From: a virus
Reading direction: 5' to 3' (one strand)
Virus record (IMG/VR): IMGVR_UViG_3300045988_135688
DNA length: 64,000 nt
Below the pieces are notes generated by a model. That model ran no database searches, had not been told where the DNA came from, and saw only the letters and a program-made list of their open reading frames with translations. Both the position numbers and the translations under genes were made by a program. Below are positions 34,400 through 44,522 of the stretch, piece by piece. Numbering within the stretch: the first letter of the stretch is position 1; each line of letters begins with the position of its first letter.

Positions 34400-35807
34400 T
34401 CATAAACACGTCATATTCTCAGCCTGTGTAAGTTACGGCAAAACGGTCATAATGAGTTTTATGGCTAAAGGTGCTGTCGAAAAGGGGAATAAGGTGCTTA
34501 TCGTATCCCACAGATCTGAACTTATGACACAAACAGGGGGAACGTTGGAAAGAGTTGGCATACAGGCTGAATACATCTCCCCTAAGCACAGGAACATACC
34601 TAAAGGTCTAGTAGTGTCCGCAATGGCTCAAACTCTCCGTAGAAGGATTGAAAAGCCCGAATGGGTTGAATGGGTTAAAAGTGTATCTCTCTGTCTGATA
34701 GACGAAGCGCATTCGTCTGACGCGGATTATCTCTTTGAGTCTGGTTTGCTTGATGATAAGTATGTAGTAGGTCTTACAGGAACCCCGATGAGAAGTGGAA
34801 ACCAAAGGCAGCTTGGCATGAACTATGAAGAGATTGTAGAAACCGCCCAGATACAGGATATGATGGACCGGGGAAACATAACCAAGTTGAGAACGTTTAC
34901 AGTTGATGCGCCCGACTTGTCTAAGGTTAATACCGATTATCGCACAGGTGATTTCGATAGCAGGCAGATGGGTGCGGTGTTCAACAAGTCTGTACAGTAC
35001 AAGGGGGTGATTGAAAACTATATGCGTATCTGCCCGATGAAGAAAGCAATCTGTTTTGATGCCACACAGGCAAATGCGATAAGGATGTGCGCTGAATTTA
35101 ATGAAGCTGGCATTCCTGCAAAATTCCTCATATCAGGTATAGATAAGAATAAGCCGGATGAGTTAGCATTATATGAAAGATACAAGCATCTTACAGGAAA
35201 CAGGGAACAGCTTATCAAGGATTTCCATGACGATAAATTCACCGTTATATGCAACAGTGGTATCTTATCTACGGGATACGATGAAACAAGTATAGAGGTT
35301 TGCATATTAAACCGTGCTACACAATCCGTTCAGTTTTATATCCAGGCAACTGGCAGGGCTATACGGCTTCACCCAAATAAAACGGAAGCATTTCTCCTAG
35401 ACTTCGGTGGTAACATATCACGGCTCGGCAAGTTTGAGAAAGAACGTAAATGGGCTTTATGGCATAACAAGGGGAAATGTGAAGGAATACAAGGGGTGAA
35501 AGAGTGTAAACAATGTGGTAAATATATTGCCATAACCGCTTCGGAATGTCCTTTCTGCGGATATGTATATCCAACCGAAAAGGAAATAAGAATGGCGGAA
35601 CTGCAAGAACTAGTAGGAGATTTAAAATTTGAACAAATGACACCTACACAATTTTTCCAGTATGCGGAACTTAAAGGATACAATACTTATTGGGCAATAC
35701 GGCAGTTGTATATCAGAAATACGGAAACTGATTTTCGTAAAGCCATGAAAGAATGCGGATATTCCAGCAAGTTTATATGGGGTTATATTCAAAGAAACAA
35801 AAAATAA
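34326..35807 (+). CDS. SF2 DEAD/DEAH-box DNA helicase with C-terminal zinc ribbon
   Basis: LRDYQ, ACVSYGKT (motif I), LIDEAH (motif II), GLTGTP, QATGRAIR (motif VI), CKQCGK...CPFCG. Confidence 0.8.
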   Translation: MSTNEIRLRDYQEVGITRLRNALTNHKHVIFSACVSYGKTVIMSFMAKGAVEKGNKVLIVSHRSELMTQTGGTLERVGIQAEYISPKHRNIPKGLVVSAMAQTLRRRIEKPEWVEWVKSVSLCLIDEAHSSDADYLFESGLLDDKYVVGLTGTPMRSGNQRQLGMNYEEIVETAQIQDMMDRGNITKLRTFTVDAPDLSKVNTDYRTGDFDSRQMGAVFNKSVQYKGVIENYMRICPMKKAICFDATQANAIRMCAEFNEAGIPAKFLISGIDKNKPDELALYERYKHLTGNREQLIKDFHDDKFTVICNSGILSTGYDETSIEVCILNRATQSVQFYIQATGRAIRLHPNKTEAFLLDFGGNISRLGKFEKERKWALWHNKGKCEGIQGVKECKQCGKYIAITASECPFCGYVYPTEKEIRMAELQELVGDLKFEQMTPTQFFQYAELKGYNTYWAIRQLYIRNTETDFRKAMKECGYSSKFIWGYIQRNKK

Positions 35808-35816
35808 CATTTAATT

Positions 35817-36740
35817 ATGGGAAAAAATTTACTTAACAGCGATGGTAAAATTGCCTTGTTTCATGAAGCTATAAGGCTTGACTTTAATCTGCCCAAATAT
35901 GCCGTTATAGAGCAGAAAGATCCTAATCCAAGTGTAATGTCTTACGATTTCCTAAAACAATACATGGAAAGCAATGACAAGGAAGGAGTGGCGGAATTTA
36001 ATCTTACCGTTTCACCTACAATGCTTGATTCTGTAAAAACAAACCAGGAACACAAGCAAGTAAGAACCTCTCTTCTTGGCATAAACCATAAGGAAAACTC
36101 ATGGTTTAAAAAGATTAAGGATTATGTAGACGAATATAGAAGATCCAAGTTTGACGTAATACATTTCTTTTCTGAGGTGAAGATACAGACAGAGAACGAG
36201 ATGAAGCAATACAGGGATAGAATAAAAGACTATATACTGATGCTAGGTTATGCTGAAAGATCCGGTCAACACGCCTTGAAAGAAAAACTGTTCCGAAACA
36301 TGGTGATATGTAAATACGAAAGCATATTGTTCAGTAAAGGATTATACAAGGCTATATCAGAGGAAAATCTTATGAAGTTTGCAAAAGGATGTCCGAAAAA
36401 TCTATGCCTTGATTACATATCTGACTATACAAGAATCATACCATTTGACATAATTAGGAAAAAGACGGACATAGACAAATATGAAATATTTGATAATTAT
36501 GTCATTCTCCACTACGACTTTGATAACAACGGAACAGATTTATCGTCTGACAAGAAAAAAGAAGAGGTGGAAAAAAGAAAAGACCCTATTCTGTTTGGTA
36601 TTATTGCAGGAAGTAACAAACTATACTTCATAGGTGACTGGATTGACGAGTATTGCGATTTGCGGTTCGATGATGTGGTAAAACAATGCACGGACGATTT
36701 CTTGTCAGAAAACATTTCTTTGGATGATCTTGCAAAATAG
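35817..36740 (+). CDS. hypothetical protein (307 aa)
   Basis: ORF track. Confidence 0.6.
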   Translation: MGKNLLNSDGKIALFHEAIRLDFNLPKYAVIEQKDPNPSVMSYDFLKQYMESNDKEGVAEFNLTVSPTMLDSVKTNQEHKQVRTSLLGINHKENSWFKKIKDYVDEYRRSKFDVIHFFSEVKIQTENEMKQYRDRIKDYILMLGYAERSGQHALKEKLFRNMVICKYESILFSKGLYKAISEENLMKFAKGCPKNLCLDYISDYTRIIPFDIIRKKTDIDKYEIFDNYVILHYDFDNNGTDLSSDKKKEEVEKRKDPILFGIIAGSNKLYFIGDWIDEYCDLRFDDVVKQCTDDFLSENISLDDLAK

Positions 36741-36933
36741 CAACACAAAGCCTTGCAGGAACGGAGAGTATTGCTGCTGTCGCTGCAAGCATAGATACAC
36801 AGTTATTGTAGATGGTTTGTTTGTTGGATACGTATGTTATATTCCTTGGTTTGAAAAACACGTTGCCATGAAGATAAGAAACAGCGGACATGACATGTGT
36901 GAAGGATTTGAGATGGTTGATAACAAACTTTAA
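36724..36933 (+). CDS. small Cys-rich protein (69 aa)
   Basis: ORF track; sequence CRNGEYCCCRC. Confidence 0.4.
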   Translation: MILQNSNTKPCRNGEYCCCRCKHRYTVIVDGLFVGYVCYIPWFEKHVAMKIRNSGHDMCEGFEMVDNKL

Positions 36934-36994
36934 CCTTTTTCCCTTTTCACATATCACATTTCGTGATACCTTTGCCAAATACAATTTTTTTATT

Positions 36995-37468
36995 ATGGCT
37001 GAGGAAAAACGATCTGCGGAAGAAAAGAAAATGCAGAAAGATATAGTAGTTAGTTACAGGAACGAGAAGGAAGGTAAAGGATGCAGGGGATTGCTTGTGG
37101 CATTCTTTTCCGAACTTCTCCATCCCGCTGTAAGTGGTAACAAGTCGGCTGAGTTTCGTGCTCTAGGAGCAAAGAAAAGTATGCCGGACCTTGCTTATAT
37201 ACATGATGGGAAAATATATGGCATAGAACTTAAAATGCCTGACAGTAACCATGACCGTAATCATATAATAGAACAGGCTGATGTGATGGCTACATATTTC
37301 TTTAGAGGATATTTTGTATGGTCTAAGGAAATGTTGTGGAATATCCTTGACGCTATTGAGCGTGGTCAGCCAGGAATGTCAAATACACTACAGATAAAAG
37401 ATTATTGTATGCGTAACAGCACTACAAAGGTAAGTTTTGAAAAAATAATTAAAGAGCTGTTTCAATGA
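36995..37468 (+). CDS. VRR-NUC-like PD-(D/E)XK nuclease
   Basis: From MAEEKRS: KKSMPDLAYIHDGKIYGIELKMPD...IIEQ fits the D...E-x-K...Q of VRR-NUC. Confidence 0.5.
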   Translation: MAEEKRSAEEKKMQKDIVVSYRNEKEGKGCRGLLVAFFSELLHPAVSGNKSAEFRALGAKKSMPDLAYIHDGKIYGIELKMPDSNHDRNHIIEQADVMATYFFRGYFVWSKEMLWNILDAIERGQPGMSNTLQIKDYCMRNSTTKVSFEKIIKELFQ

Positions 37469-37779
37469 AAGTTATATATAACAAAATAATTCCATTCAAG
37501 GGGTACAAGTGTATAAATTTGTTTGGGGTTCTTTTCGTAAGAAAAGGATGTACGATGCGTGAAAGCGATTACAATCACGAAGCGATTCATACAAAACAAA
37601 TGAAAGAGCTTTTGTATGTTCCGTTTTACATTTTGTATCTTTTGGAATGGCTGTACAGGCTTACACAAAAAGGTAATGCGTATAGGAATATATCGTTTGA
37701 GAAGGAAGCCTATGATAACGAGAACGACATGGATTACCTTGATAAAAGAGAACATTTTTCTTGGATTGAATACATTTGA
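37465..37779 (+). CDS. small HExxH-motif protein (104 aa)
   Basis: NHEAIHTKQ followed by a hydrophobic helix. Confidence 0.45.
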   Translation: MKVIYNKIIPFKGYKCINLFGVLFVRKGCTMRESDYNHEAIHTKQMKELLYVPFYILYLLEWLYRLTQKGNAYRNISFEKEAYDNENDMDYLDKREHFSWIEYI

Positions 37780-37790
37780 ATTTTACATTT

Positions 37791-38957
37791 ATGAATAAGA
37801 TAGTTTTTGATAGAAAAGTTTTATATTCAACGTTAAACTCAGCCAAAGCCTGCCTTTCCGATACAGGCTTGACGATACTTAAATGTTTTCGTTTTAAATA
37901 TATAGCATCAGAGAATGCGATAGAGGTTACTTCATACAACAACCTCAATGAGATGCGTTTGATTATTCCCGTTATTGATTCAGACTGCAATGACGGGCAG
38001 GAGTTTGCAGTAGACGGAATAAGACTTGTAAAGTTACTCAAAACAGTAAAGGATTCCATTGTTACGGTAAAGATATATGATAAGGATATAATATTCTCTT
38101 ACAATGGCAGTGAAGCGTCTTTCTTTGCAGAAGATGTGGAATCTTATCCTGATATTAAAATAGGTAAGCGTGGTACCGGGATAAGGGTCAACGTGAACAG
38201 GAATGATCTGTATAGAGCATTAAAAAGGAACATAGGATTTAATGATATCAGTGACGTTGTGACCAGCCTTAGTGGAGTGGGGATAAATTTTATTTGTTCC
38301 AATAATTGCATTGATATATGTTCGTCCGATAAGATTGTATTTGTAAGAGATGTTATAGAATGTCAGCCGGATATATCAAAGGACTTGTGCATAAATGTAA
38401 TGCCTACATCGGTAAAGGAAGCGTTATCTTTTCTTGAAATGTTGTCAGAAGAAAATGTAACTGTTTCTGTATCTGATGATGAAAGGGTGATGTCCATATC
38501 TTATGGGGATTTCGGTTCTGTCTTTAATTGTACGCTGATGGAGGTTAAGTTTGTAAACTACACACCATTGGTAAACAATATAAAATCAAACTTTAATTAC
38601 TTTATTAAAGCAAGAACTAGCGACTTGATAGATTCCCTTTCAAGAATAAAGGTAATGTCAGATGTATATAACATATCACATTTTGTTTGCAGGGAGGGAG
38701 ATAATAAAATGGATATAACATACACAAATGATGCAGGATATAAAATATCGGAAAATGTTGGAATTGAAGGATATTGTCAAGGGCGTTTGGATTGCAATCT
38801 GAATATTGAAAAGATGATTAACGCATTGAAGGTGTTCCCTGGGGATTATGTTACATTGGCATATACCAATCCTGATAATAATGCTCCTATATGTATCATT
38901 AACGAAGAGGGAGATTATAAATTAATGGGCGTAGTAAACATTTTTAAGAGTTGCTAA
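37791..38957 (+). CDS. DNA polymerase sliding-clamp (beta/DnaN-like), tentative
   Basis: About 390 aa, the size of a three-domain clamp. Has an N-terminal pattern similar to DnaN and FFAEDVESYP resembling the DnaN ..edfP motif. Confidence 0.45.
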   Translation: MNKIVFDRKVLYSTLNSAKACLSDTGLTILKCFRFKYIASENAIEVTSYNNLNEMRLIIPVIDSDCNDGQEFAVDGIRLVKLLKTVKDSIVTVKIYDKDIIFSYNGSEASFFAEDVESYPDIKIGKRGTGIRVNVNRNDLYRALKRNIGFNDISDVVTSLSGVGINFICSNNCIDICSSDKIVFVRDVIECQPDISKDLCINVMPTSVKEALSFLEMLSEENVTVSVSDDERVMSISYGDFGSVFNCTLMEVKFVNYTPLVNNIKSNFNYFIKARTSDLIDSLSRIKVMSDVYNISHFVCREGDNKMDITYTNDAGYKISENVGIEGYCQGRLDCNLNIEKMINALKVFPGDYVTLAYTNPDNNAPICIINEEGDYKLMGVVNIFKSC

Positions 38958-38960
38958 CTA

Positions 38961-39076
38961 TTGTTTAACCTATCGAATATGCCGTTTTATTATTTTTGCA
39001 ACAAAAATATATAACTTATGGAAAACGAAGAAAGAACAATTCAGATTCTCGCTGAAACAATAGATAGGTTAAACAA
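38961..39076. repeat. 14-bp perfect inverted repeat TTGTTTAACCTATC (38961-38974) / GATAGGTTAAACAA (39063-39076)
   Basis: Read directly. It brackets the promoter box and the integrase start codon. Confidence 0.95.
38991..38998 (+). promoter_or_regulatory. -7 box TATTTTTG upstream of the integrase
   Basis: Matches TAnnTTTG, 20 nt before ATG 39018. Confidence 0.4.
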
Positions 39077-40091
39077 GACTATAGAATCACAGAACAGGCT
39101 GATTGAGGATTTAAAAAACAGGCTTGAAACAATTCAGAACGAATATAGCCCTTCAATTATGACTGTAGGAGTATTGATAGAAAAGTTGAATAATACAAAG
39201 ACAAGAAGCGGAAAGGTAAGATTTGAAGCATTATCCAAACATATAATGCCATATCTTACCAATCAGCTTTATGACGAGTATGATTTTAATGATGCCATTC
39301 CTACGTTCAAGGAAGTCCCGTCCGTTGAAAAGCCTGTCAATCGTGACATGATAGATGATATGATCAATGTTATAAAATCAAAGAGAAAGATAAGCGAATC
39401 ATCCCAAAAGGCATATCTTTTAATGCTTAAAAGAATATTGTCCGAATCAAAAGAGATGAGCAAATATATCAATGATTATATTATCTCACTGAACGTAAAA
39501 TCTCCTTCAAATATATCTCTTACGGATGAAGAAATAGAATTATTCTGGAATGTCGAGCCGTTTAACGTTACAGAAAAAATAGTAAAGAAATTGTTTCTGA
39601 TTCAATGCTATACTGCCATGAGATATTCCGATATTTTCAGATTGAAAGATTCTATGATGGAAGGAAATGTTATTTCGTATATATCAAAAAAGACAGGTAA
39701 GAACGTTGAGGTTCCTGTACCTTCCAAGATTATAGAAATGATAAAAGAGGTTAGATCGTTCGATAAATACAACATAGAATCTTCCTTAAAGACTACTATG
39801 AATGAAGTTCTACCAACCCTTGGATGTAGAGCAGGTATAAACAAGCAGGTATTTGTAAGACGGGCAAATGTACTCATGAAAGGGCCGAAGTACCAGTTCA
39901 TCAAAACACATACAGGACGTAGAACAGCTATTACCAGATGGGCTAATATGGGAATACCAGAAGGAGAACTGAAATCTATGGCTGGTCATTCTGATATAAG
40001 AACCACGAACAGATATATTACTGCAAGCGTATCAAATAAAACCAAAAATATTTTAACTGATGGAAATTTTGGAGAATGTGCTGTCAATTGA
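39018..40091 (+). CDS. int: tyrosine recombinase / phage integrase
   Basis: CYTAMRYSDI (box I Arg), HTGRRTAITRWANMG (H-x-x-R), GHSDIRTTNRYI (His...Tyr). Confidence 0.85.
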   Translation: MENEERTIQILAETIDRLNKTIESQNRLIEDLKNRLETIQNEYSPSIMTVGVLIEKLNNTKTRSGKVRFEALSKHIMPYLTNQLYDEYDFNDAIPTFKEVPSVEKPVNRDMIDDMINVIKSKRKISESSQKAYLLMLKRILSESKEMSKYINDYIISLNVKSPSNISLTDEEIELFWNVEPFNVTEKIVKKLFLIQCYTAMRYSDIFRLKDSMMEGNVISYISKKTGKNVEVPVPSKIIEMIKEVRSFDKYNIESSLKTTMNEVLPTLGCRAGINKQVFVRRANVLMKGPKYQFIKTHTGRRTAITRWANMGIPEGELKSMAGHSDIRTTNRYITASVSNKTKNILTDGNFGECAVN

Positions 40092-40464
40092 AAAAATGAA
40101 ACACCTGCAAGAACTTGGAGTGAATACAGGTAACGCATCAATGACTTGGATGTTATATCCTTATGAGGAAGGGAAACAACCACAATTATCTTTACGAGAG
40201 TGGAAAACTTTCAAGGAACCGTTCAGAAAAGAACATTGTATTCCTGCATTTACTTTTCTTGACATCTTGGAACTGTTACCAAAAGAGATAAAAACAGGAA
40301 CGGATACTTATTGGATTACAATGTACTTTAGTGACAATTGTTGGCATATATGTTATTCCATGTCTGACGAGTTTGATTATTATCAAGAATTTTTATCTTG
40401 CTCATTAATAGATGCAGCTTATGAAATGCTATGTTGGTGCGTTGAGGAAAGATTAATATCATAA
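40060..40464 (+). CDS. hypothetical protein, paralog of 41308..41574
   Basis: VLSIEKMKHLQELG ... LIDAAYEMLCWCVE aligns with VLSFKQMKHLQELG ... LIDAAYDMLCWCIE. Confidence 0.5.
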   Translation: MEILENVLSIEKMKHLQELGVNTGNASMTWMLYPYEEGKQPQLSLREWKTFKEPFRKEHCIPAFTFLDILELLPKEIKTGTDTYWITMYFSDNCWHICYSMSDEFDYYQEFLSCSLIDAAYEMLCWCVEERLIS

Positions 40465-40706
40465 AGATAAAACGGAATTAATTAAAAACGAATTAGAAAT
40501 GAATGATGGAGTTCACTTTGACCAAAATGGTAACGAGGTAATCGTAATCAATGGATTTGAATATTCACGAGAAGAATTTGATTCCCTTGTGAATATATGT
40601 GGAGATTGCAATATATAATAACAAGAAAGTAATGAGTAAAACAACAATTTATTACCTATTCCTAGTAGTAATGTATATGCTGCTAGGATAGGTGGAAAGG
40701 AGAGAT

Positions 40707-41099
40707 ATGAAACATACAGTAGAAGATGCAGCGAAGGAAGCGGCAGAATATTGTTATGAATGCCAATACGATAATAGCTTAGAAATGAGGTTGGTTAAAG
40801 AGGCATTCAGACAAGGTGCCGAATGGCAGTCAAAGCAATCGCCTTGGATAAGTGTTAAGGAACGGTTGCCAGAGCCTAACAAGATTGTCCTTTGCAGAAT
40901 GGTATCAAATGGAGCGATTGTTAGTGGCTATATCGTTGTTTCATCCGGGAGATCGCCATACGTTGCGACAGACGGAGGATTTGAATTTGAGGATTGGAAC
41001 GACTACGAGTGTGACATGTGGATGCCCATTCCTTCTTTCGATGATATACTCGAAGCCAACAAGGATGTGCTGGAACGGATTAAACAGAAAGGAGATTGA
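40707..41099 (+). CDS. DUF551-like protein, paralog of 20545..20940
   Basis: ATG after GAAAGGAGAG. QGAEWQSKQSPWISVKERLPE ... WMPIPSFDDILEANKDVLERIKQKGD. Confidence 0.65.
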   Translation: MKHTVEDAAKEAAEYCYECQYDNSLEMRLVKEAFRQGAEWQSKQSPWISVKERLPEPNKIVLCRMVSNGAIVSGYIVVSSGRSPYVATDGGFEFEDWNDYECDMWMPIPSFDDILEANKDVLERIKQKGD

Positions 41100-41104
41100 A
41101 CGGT

Positions 41105-41311
41105 ATGAAAGTCAAGAACGGAATAATAATAGACGGAGTGCTACATGAATTGCGAGTTGGAATATGTGATGAGTGCTCATTACAAAATGAGTGCGATGAT
41201 AGTTCAGAAATCATTTGCGATATAGCTTACGAAAACCAAAACATGGACCAGTGCTTTGTCAGTCGTGGGAAAATAACAGATATTAAGATAGATAAGGAGG
41301 AAAAGAAATGA
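41105..41311 (+). CDS. small Cys-containing protein; truncated relic copy at 58173-58270
   Basis: MKVKNGIIIDGVLHELRVGICDECS...CFVSRGKITDI; SD AAAGGAG. Confidence 0.5.
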   Translation: MKVKNGIIIDGVLHELRVGICDECSLQNECDDSSEIICDIAYENQNMDQCFVSRGKITDIKIDKEEKK

Positions 41312-41574
41312 AACAGGTATTGTCATTCAAGCAAATGAAGCATTTACAAGAACTTGGATTATACCATATCTACACCTTGCAGGATATTCTCGATAAGCTG
41401 CCTTGCTTTATTGGCAATCAAGTGCTTACCATCCAAAAACTTGCGGATAGCTATACGTGCTTGTATATGGAATCTTATAAGATTACAGAGAGTAAAGAAC
41501 TCATTGATGCAGCATACGATATGTTGTGCTGGTGCATTGAAAACGGATATGTTAAAGTTGGGAAGAAGGAATAA
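41308..41574 (+). CDS. hypothetical protein (88 aa)
   Basis: ORF track; SD AAGGAGG. Confidence 0.55.
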   Translation: MKQVLSFKQMKHLQELGLYHIYTLQDILDKLPCFIGNQVLTIQKLADSYTCLYMESYKITESKELIDAAYDMLCWCIENGYVKVGKKE

Positions 41575-41750
41575 CAATGAAAGCAAGAATAAAAAGAAAA
41601 ATACAAAAAAGACCATTCCTATACAATGTAGGACAAGTTTTTAAGGCTTGTGATTGGCTTACTGAAATTCAGCGTGGAAATATAGTTTGGCATCGGTATC
41701 ATTCATTCGGTACTATTACTAAGCGTTATGTTTAAATAAATGATTAAACA

Positions 41751-42047
41751 ATGAAAGCAAGAGTAAAATCAACAGGAGTTTTGGTAGATGTAACTCCCCA
41801 ATTAAACATCAACTCTCAACATAGCAATGATTATTTATATGTATGTGATAACATGGTTTACAGAGAATGCGAACTTGATTTTTCAGCTATCGACTGGGAA
41901 CAGAGGCGATATGAACTAGCGAAAGCTGCCATGCAAGGATTTTGCAGCAATCCACATGAACAGGTAATGAGTGCTAGTTTAAATATTACAGCAGAATGGA
42001 GTCTTGGTTTCGCTGATGCGCTAATAAAGAAATTAAAAGGAGAATAA
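41751..42047 (+). CDS. hypothetical protein, paralog of 21861..22139
   Basis: See 21861..22139. Confidence 0.6.
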   Translation: MKARVKSTGVLVDVTPQLNINSQHSNDYLYVCDNMVYRECELDFSAIDWEQRRYELAKAAMQGFCSNPHEQVMSASLNITAEWSLGFADALIKKLKGE

Positions 42048-42051
42048 AATT

Positions 42052-42345
42052 ATGACCGAAGAACTTGTAACATTAGAAACAGCAAAGTTGCTGAAAGATA
42101 AAGGGATGTTTATAGATATAGAATTTCCTCCGCAATCCATTGCCCAGAAATGGCTACGTGAAACCAAGAATATTCATATATGTATATACAACTGTGCCTG
42201 TGGTTATGGATACGAAATATCTAAAGCTGACAATGGAACTCATATAGCTAGTTCTGCTTATAAAGGAACAAATGACGGAGGAAAATGGGATACCTACGAG
42301 GAAGCACTGGAAGCTGGAATACAGGAAGCATTAAAACTTATATAA
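42052..42345 (+). CDS. hypothetical protein, paralog of 22350..22721 (shorter centre)
   Basis: See 22350..22721. Confidence 0.6.
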   Translation: MTEELVTLETAKLLKDKGMFIDIEFPPQSIAQKWLRETKNIHICIYNCACGYGYEISKADNGTHIASSAYKGTNDGGKWDTYEEALEAGIQEALKLI

Positions 42346-42384
42346 AAATGAGCCTTAGGTGGCTTTGTAAAACCCATAGAAACA

Positions 42385-42597
42385 ATGATGAAAAGAATAA
42401 TTACTGTCCAAGATATGATTGACGAGTTAATGTTAGTTGTCAATAAGGATGCTGAAATAAATATTGTAATGAATACAGGAGATTACCAAACTGAATACAT
42501 TCCAGATTTATATGATTTTTCCGTCATTGACTTTACTGATGTGCATCCTGATGATGGGAACTCGGAAAATAAAGTAGTAATAGAAATGTTTCGTTAA
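42385..42597 (+). CDS. hypothetical protein (70 aa)
   Basis: ORF track. Confidence 0.5.
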   Translation: MMKRIITVQDMIDELMLVVNKDAEINIVMNTGDYQTEYIPDLYDFSVIDFTDVHPDDGNSENKVVIEMFR

Positions 42598-42632
42598 AAA
42601 GAGAAATAAATAATTTTCAAAACTGAATAGTA

Positions 42633-42854
42633 ATGAATAAGATAGTAATCGAAGTAACTTCTGACGGATGGGAAACAACCGTAACCATTAATGGTAAGGA
42701 GTATAAAGAGAAGCATGTTGCAACAGCATTTGGATCTGAAAGTGTTGAAGGTAATTTTGAAAGCGAAGATGATATATCGGAAGAAATATATGACGCTTTA
42801 AATTCATCTTTCCCCTTTGAGTGTATGCAGGCATTGTATGCCATTGAGGATTAA
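42633..42854 (+). CDS. hypothetical acidic protein (73 aa)
   Basis: ORF track; antisense ORFs look spurious. Confidence 0.5.
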   Translation: MNKIVIEVTSDGWETTVTINGKEYKEKHVATAFGSESVEGNFESEDDISEEIYDALNSSFPFECMQALYAIED

Positions 42855-42871
42855 CGTAAAACGAGAAAAAA

Positions 42872-43192
42872 ATGAACAAAGAAGAATTTCAGACAAAGAA
42901 AAATGATATTGATTCAAAAATAAGGGAATTGAAAAATCAGAAAATTCAGTTGGAAAAGGAATATATTGAATCCAACCAAGGATTCCCTGTTGGAAGCAAA
43001 GTCTGTATAACGGTCCCGGCTCATGAAAGGATATTAGTTCCCGAAGCGAAGAAGTTAGCCTATATTGCAGATTATGATATTGATGATAACGGAGAGGTTG
43101 TCCCCTCTTTAAGACAGTTGGATTGCAATGGGGGTATGTCAGCAATACCTTTATTTGTTAATTTAAAGAAGGCTATAATTGAATTAGTATGA
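42872..43192 (+). CDS. hypothetical protein, paralog of 19725..20030
   Basis: See 19725..20030. Confidence 0.6.
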   Translation: MNKEEFQTKKNDIDSKIRELKNQKIQLEKEYIESNQGFPVGSKVCITVPAHERILVPEAKKLAYIADYDIDDNGEVVPSLRQLDCNGGMSAIPLFVNLKKAIIELV

Positions 43193-44094
43193 AAGAAATA
43201 ATAGATAAACAGATGGTTATGGATGAAAAAGAACAATTAGCCATTACTAGAATACAAAAATTCAGTAAGATAGCTAAAACAATGGGGTTGCAAGTACATT
43301 TGGGGTTTTCGGGAGGAAAAGATAGTCAGGTATGTTATGACCTTTGCAAACGTGCCGGAATACCGTTCAAAGCCTTTTTCAACCATGCCTTTGAAAGTAA
43401 TATTACATTAAGTTTTATAAAAGAAAACTATCCCGATGTAATATGGAGGCGTGATTACAAATTCGGGTTCATACAAAATATATGGAAAAACCACAAATCC
43501 ATCCTTCCTACTGTACAAATAGCTTATTGTTGCAAGGATTATAAGCACAATCCTAAATATGTGGATGCGTGCAGTATTACGGGAGTAAGGAAAGCTGAAA
43601 GTAGGAGTAGGAGTAATAGGACGGCATTTGAAGCGAAAAACAAAACGACTTTAAAGAAAAATAAAGAATTGTTTGATTCCTATTTTGAAGAACATTGTCA
43701 GTCTATTGGTGCCACTTCCATCATACAATTAAAGCCTATTATAGATTGGACGGATAAGGATGTATGGGATTATATCCATAAATATTCATTACCTATAAAT
43801 CCCGAATATGATTATTGCAAAAGAGTTGGATGTATTGTTTGCCCGAAAGCAAATTTAAATAGTAATTACATAGGACTTATAAAATATCCAAAACTTATTG
43901 ACGCCTTTATTTCTGCAAGAGAAATGAGGAATGACGTTGATTGGTTTATTAATATTGATGAAACTGATTATTCCAATGATAAATGTTATTATATATGTCG
44001 GTGGTTAAATCATTCCTTCATGCCGTTCACAAAGAAGCAGGAAGAAAGGTATAAACAGGTAAGAGAAATATATGATAAATTACATAACAAATAA
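43189..44094 (+). CDS. PAPS-reductase-family PP-loop ATP pyrophosphatase
   Basis: LGFSGGKDSQV PP-loop (SGGxDS) near the N-terminus; about 300 aa. Confidence 0.65.
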   Translation: MKEIIDKQMVMDEKEQLAITRIQKFSKIAKTMGLQVHLGFSGGKDSQVCYDLCKRAGIPFKAFFNHAFESNITLSFIKENYPDVIWRRDYKFGFIQNIWKNHKSILPTVQIAYCCKDYKHNPKYVDACSITGVRKAESRSRSNRTAFEAKNKTTLKKNKELFDSYFEEHCQSIGATSIIQLKPIIDWTDKDVWDYIHKYSLPINPEYDYCKRVGCIVCPKANLNSNYIGLIKYPKLIDAFISAREMRNDVDWFINIDETDYSNDKCYYICRWLNHSFMPFTKKQEERYKQVREIYDKLHNK

Positions 44095-44096
44095 TT

Positions 44097-44522
44097 ATGG
44101 CTATTATAGGAATTGACTTTGACGGAACGGTCGTGACACATGACTTTCCTAAAATCGGCAAGGATATAGGTGCTGTGCCTATATTAAAAAGATTGGTTGA
44201 TAACGGACATAAACTTATTCTGTTTACCATGAGAAGTGATATTGACGAGGTGACTTCCGATGATTACGACATACACAAACAGGGAGGAAAGTATCTATCG
44301 GAAGCCGTGCAATGGTTTACGTACAACAACATTCCCCTGTTCGGTGTAAACGAGAATCCTGAACAGCACACATGGACCACATCACCCAAACCTTATTGTC
44401 ACATATACATTGATGATGCGGCATTGGGATGTCCGTTGAAATATAACGTGAACTTATCAAATAGACCATTTGTTGATTGGATGGAAGTAGAAAACACTCT
44501 TATAAAAAGAAAACTTATATGA
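44097..44522 (+). CDS. HAD-superfamily phosphatase / nucleotidase-like
   Basis: MAIIGIDFDGTVV (DxDGT motif I), FTMRS (motif II-like), YIDDA (motif IV-like). Confidence 0.55.
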   Translation: MAIIGIDFDGTVVTHDFPKIGKDIGAVPILKRLVDNGHKLILFTMRSDIDEVTSDDYDIHKQGGKYLSEAVQWFTYNNIPLFGVNENPEQHTWTTSPKPYCHIYIDDAALGCPLKYNVNLSNRPFVDWMEVENTLIKRKLI

